The notes beneath the pieces are model-generated. The model did not search any database. It had not been told where the DNA came from and saw nothing but the letters and a program-made list of their open reading frames with translations. Both the position numbers and the translations under genes were made by a program. From Balanoglossus misakiensis (taxonomy: Eukaryota; Animalia; Hemichordata): DNA of 64,000 nucleotides. Below are positions 60,804 through 64,000 of this stretch, piece after piece (position 1 is the first letter of the stretch; every line of letters starts with the position of its first letter). The stretch spans positions 5,076,699-5,140,698 of the forward strand of contig CM082581.2 in assembly GCA_040954595.2 (NCBI GenBank), written 5' to 3'.

Positions 60804-63553
60804 TCACTTCACACCTTTGGCAGCCAGCTTCTCTTTGACTCTCTTCAGGTAATCGGGATCTGGGTAACCATATCTGTGTGATGAATGGGGATATAACAGA
60901 ACATTATTGTTTGAGTTGATATGTTTCATGCTTTTTTTGGCCAACAGGCAATAGTCAGAAATGTGCAATGTTATGTATAATGTGGTCTAACAATAAATGA
61001 TTCAACCCCAGAAAAATGTTATTTGTGACTGATGTCTTAATTAGAGGTTATAAACGGCTAGCAAGGGTATTTGGTTATGGATATAAGACCTCTCAGGTGA
61101 AAATTAGCATATTTGGCGGGAAATAATCACTGAGCTAATGATAAACTATATAAAGACTCAGTCAAGCAGTGGTAGTGTCACCATTCGTCGATGTAAGTAA
61201 CCCGTCATAGTCATGATCGGTACCTTCTATCTCTCTTTCAAGAAGCTGTACTTTCTCTACGATAGTCTGCCTGATGAAAGTTGTGTTGCTTGAATGGTTC
61301 ATTTCAAAACTAAATCAAATAACTCGATGTTCTGATGATCGACATGAATTTCCCACTAGAATTTTTCCAGGGTTGGCCGGTCAGAGATTAAGGTCAGCGG
61401 TCTGTTGGAACAGATTTCTGAATGTCACTATAACTATGCAAAATCCCAATTCTGAATGAAGGAATTCTACATGCGTGAATACGCAGTCGCCATGATTCAA
61501 TCTGTAAGTCGAATCGTGAAATAAAATGTTGAATTGTGAAATAGAATGTTGAATTAGAATGTTGAATTGTGAAATAAATGTTGAATTGAGAAATAGAATG
61601 TTCAATTGTGAAATGGAATGTTCAATTGTGAAATAGAATGTTGAATTGTGAAATAGAATGTTGAATTGTGAAATGGAATGTTGAATTGTGAAATGGAATG
61701 TTGAATTGTGAAAAAGAATGTTGAATTGTGAAATAGAATGTTGAATTGTGAAATGGAATGTTGAATAGAAATAAAAATAGCAAAATGAGGAGTTGTAATT
61801 TTGTCATGGATTGGACACCATATATATGGCCCTTAAAATGTTGCCTTGATGGGAATATTGTATTAACTTACCCCTGCGCTCCCCCATGAGGATACGTCTT
61901 GTGATGGATATCATTCCATGTTACTGTGTCTCTTGCACCAGTTGGCACAGAGGTCCCAATGATGAAAGTCAGTCGACGATCAAAAGCAATCTTTAACAGT
62001 CGCAACACTTCATGTCCTTCAGTACTGTCAGGCAGATATGCAATACGAGTTGTTCCAGTGTAGGGTCTGCCAGGATTTGGATGTTCAGGCTGCAGGTATA
62101 TAGATAATGAATCATAGTAACTTTGAAACTCTTGTTTCAAGAACTGAATGCAAATATGCAGTTATTCAAGGTCAATCAATATTTAAAAAAAATGAAACAA
62201 TTATCCTAAACACCTAATGTGCCAACTTCACCACAATTTGAACATATCCACTTTGGCCACCACCAAGAATCTGCATATTTAATGTTAAGTCAATCAAACA
62301 AATAATTTCAAAAATAAAATTCACCAAAACTTAAACATATTATATTTACTTATAATTAAATAATCATACCAAATTTAAAAGCAACCAGAGAATCAGTTTT
62401 AGAGAGAAAGAGTTTTTGACGGATAATGGCCGGCGGTGGTACATGTCCAGGTGACTACTAGTATATCCCTTCCCACATGTTCACATAATAGTAAATTTAG
62501 GTTGGCCTAAAACTTACACTGGTTTAGGGCCAACGCTTATGGGCTGGTTTGATCCTCACTATTATTAAATAATGCATCAACATACCAAATATCAAGTTTT
62601 AACTACTTCAGTTCTCAAAATGTTCGAGTAGATGGACATACCCCACAGAAATGAATCATGTTGTGAATGAACGTTGCATGTAATCGCAATGAATGATCGT
62701 GTGTGTTGATTGCAGGCGGCAGTGTGGTGGAGTATATTGTTTCGCTGCTTTGTTGCTGCAACAACCAAGACCATGGTGAAGGCACTAATATAAGCAGGCT
62801 ATAGCAAATGTCCAGCCACTAAAAATAGAAAGCAATATCTTACCCCTTGTTTTCCTGAAGGAAAATTATAAGTGATAACAATAGCACCACATCTAGGATA
62901 TCCAGGAAGAATTGTGTATCTGTCAATATGGTGGGTCATTGTTCCTCGAGGCATATCGCCAGTGATGACACCAAATGCTTTCTTGCAGACTGGGCAGCTT
63001 GGTCCTTGGTGTTTCTTTGATTTGTCAACACAGTCTTTACAGAAAGAATGTTTACAGGGTAGTTCACACGGATTTTTCATTTTATCCCAACATATGGGAC
63101 ATTTGCCCTCTTCTGAATCATTCTTTGTTGTGGTTGATTTTCGAATAGCTCCCCGTGAAAAAGAACTGTCAGTATTACTACTGCCAGAACTGAGTCCTTC
63201 CACTAAAGCCTTTGAGTACTGCTTTACTTTACTCATCACTCCTCCACCAGTTAATTGAGATGTTACAGAGCCACTGGTACCAGAATACTTCCAGGACTGT
63301 AGAGGGTCATCAACTGAGCTTTCTCTGCCAACAATCAAAGTATCTGCTCCTACATCCATCGGTTTGGTGTACAACATGGCTTTATCTTCCAAGTTCTTTT
63401 CAAAAACTTTTCCAAAAACTTCTGTGGTTGTCTTATCCACATCAATGAAGTGTATTTCCTCGAGTATACTTGCACCATGATGACGGCTTAAGTATTCTAA
63501 CACCGCACTACACATTACTTCAGCACAGAGGTGCTTTGGTACTCCATAAATGC
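60804..63553 (-). CDS. Second Deltex/DTX3L-like E3 with an upstream macrodomain (3' part; 5' exons outside the window)
   Basis: Exons (-): 63553-62844, 62089-61872, 60873-60804. Macrodomain C-terminal signature [32 protein letters not shown]; [26 protein letters not shown]; [50 protein letters not shown]. Confidence 0.88.
61510..61770. repeat. 20-bp minisatellite (TGTTGAATTGTGAAATRGAA)n in an intron
   Basis: About 12 near-identical units. Confidence 0.92.
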
Positions 63554-64000
63554 CTGCAACAAGAAACATTTGATATTTAATTTTAGAAATTGTACTTACG
63601 AATTGGGGTTTATGACATGGGTTTTTGTCAGTGCATGAATTTCATTCAGTGGTTTTGCAAACAGGGGTGAAAATATTTTTTTTCGAAGATCCACTAAAAC
63701 ACATATCACATGACCACTGTGTAATACATGTAATAGCAATATTTCACAGTCTACCGTTTCCCCAATTTCTGCACTTTCAGAAAATATATTCTTCTATATA
63801 TATATACTTTGACAATAAATGACAATTCCTGAAGCCGTGTTTTATATATCACATCCTTTAAAGGCATAATTTTGAAATGGCCAAATGTTCCATTGAACTA
63901 ATTTGCATATTAAAAGACACCAAAGCAGACACACACAAATTTATACAAAAAATGCTTCTATATGTTCATGTCTTATGTTGTTTCATGGAATACATGTAAA

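Noticed and set aside
61510-61770. 20-bp array as a regulatory or CRISPR-type structure
   Set aside because: Simple intronic minisatellite without spacers; no boundaries of a parent element could be defined.

Overview
Intron-rich animal genomic DNA, probably a marine invertebrate (inferred from gene content and MITE types; species not determinable here). Left to right: the 3' part of an RGS12/loco-like gene (+; RGS, two RBDs, GoLoco, C-terminal TFV); PACRGL (-); and a U6 snRNA gene (-) split at nt ~65-70 by a head-to-tail dimer of a 9,316-bp Dada-U6-type DNA transposon (19569-28884, 28892-38207; core TTGCTGC at all three junctions). Each transposon copy has an intact 7-exon ~1,396-aa DDE transposase, a 140/144-bp minisatellite and two convergent tRNA-like units with a zipped-up anticodon arm. 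Then come a TM6SF1/2-like gene (+) and two tandem Deltex/DTX3L-type E3 genes (-): one appears fused to an N-terminal TRIM (RBCC) module, the other to a macrodomain. Several MITEs and microsatellites are also present. The most unusual signals are the collinear U6 mimicry in the transposon ends, the altered target core, a predicted self-folding U6-transposon Pol III chimeric RNA, the tRNA-like cargo and the TRIM-Deltex and Macro-Deltex architectures. All exon structures were read by eye from GT-AG sites and frame continuity; no database searches were run.
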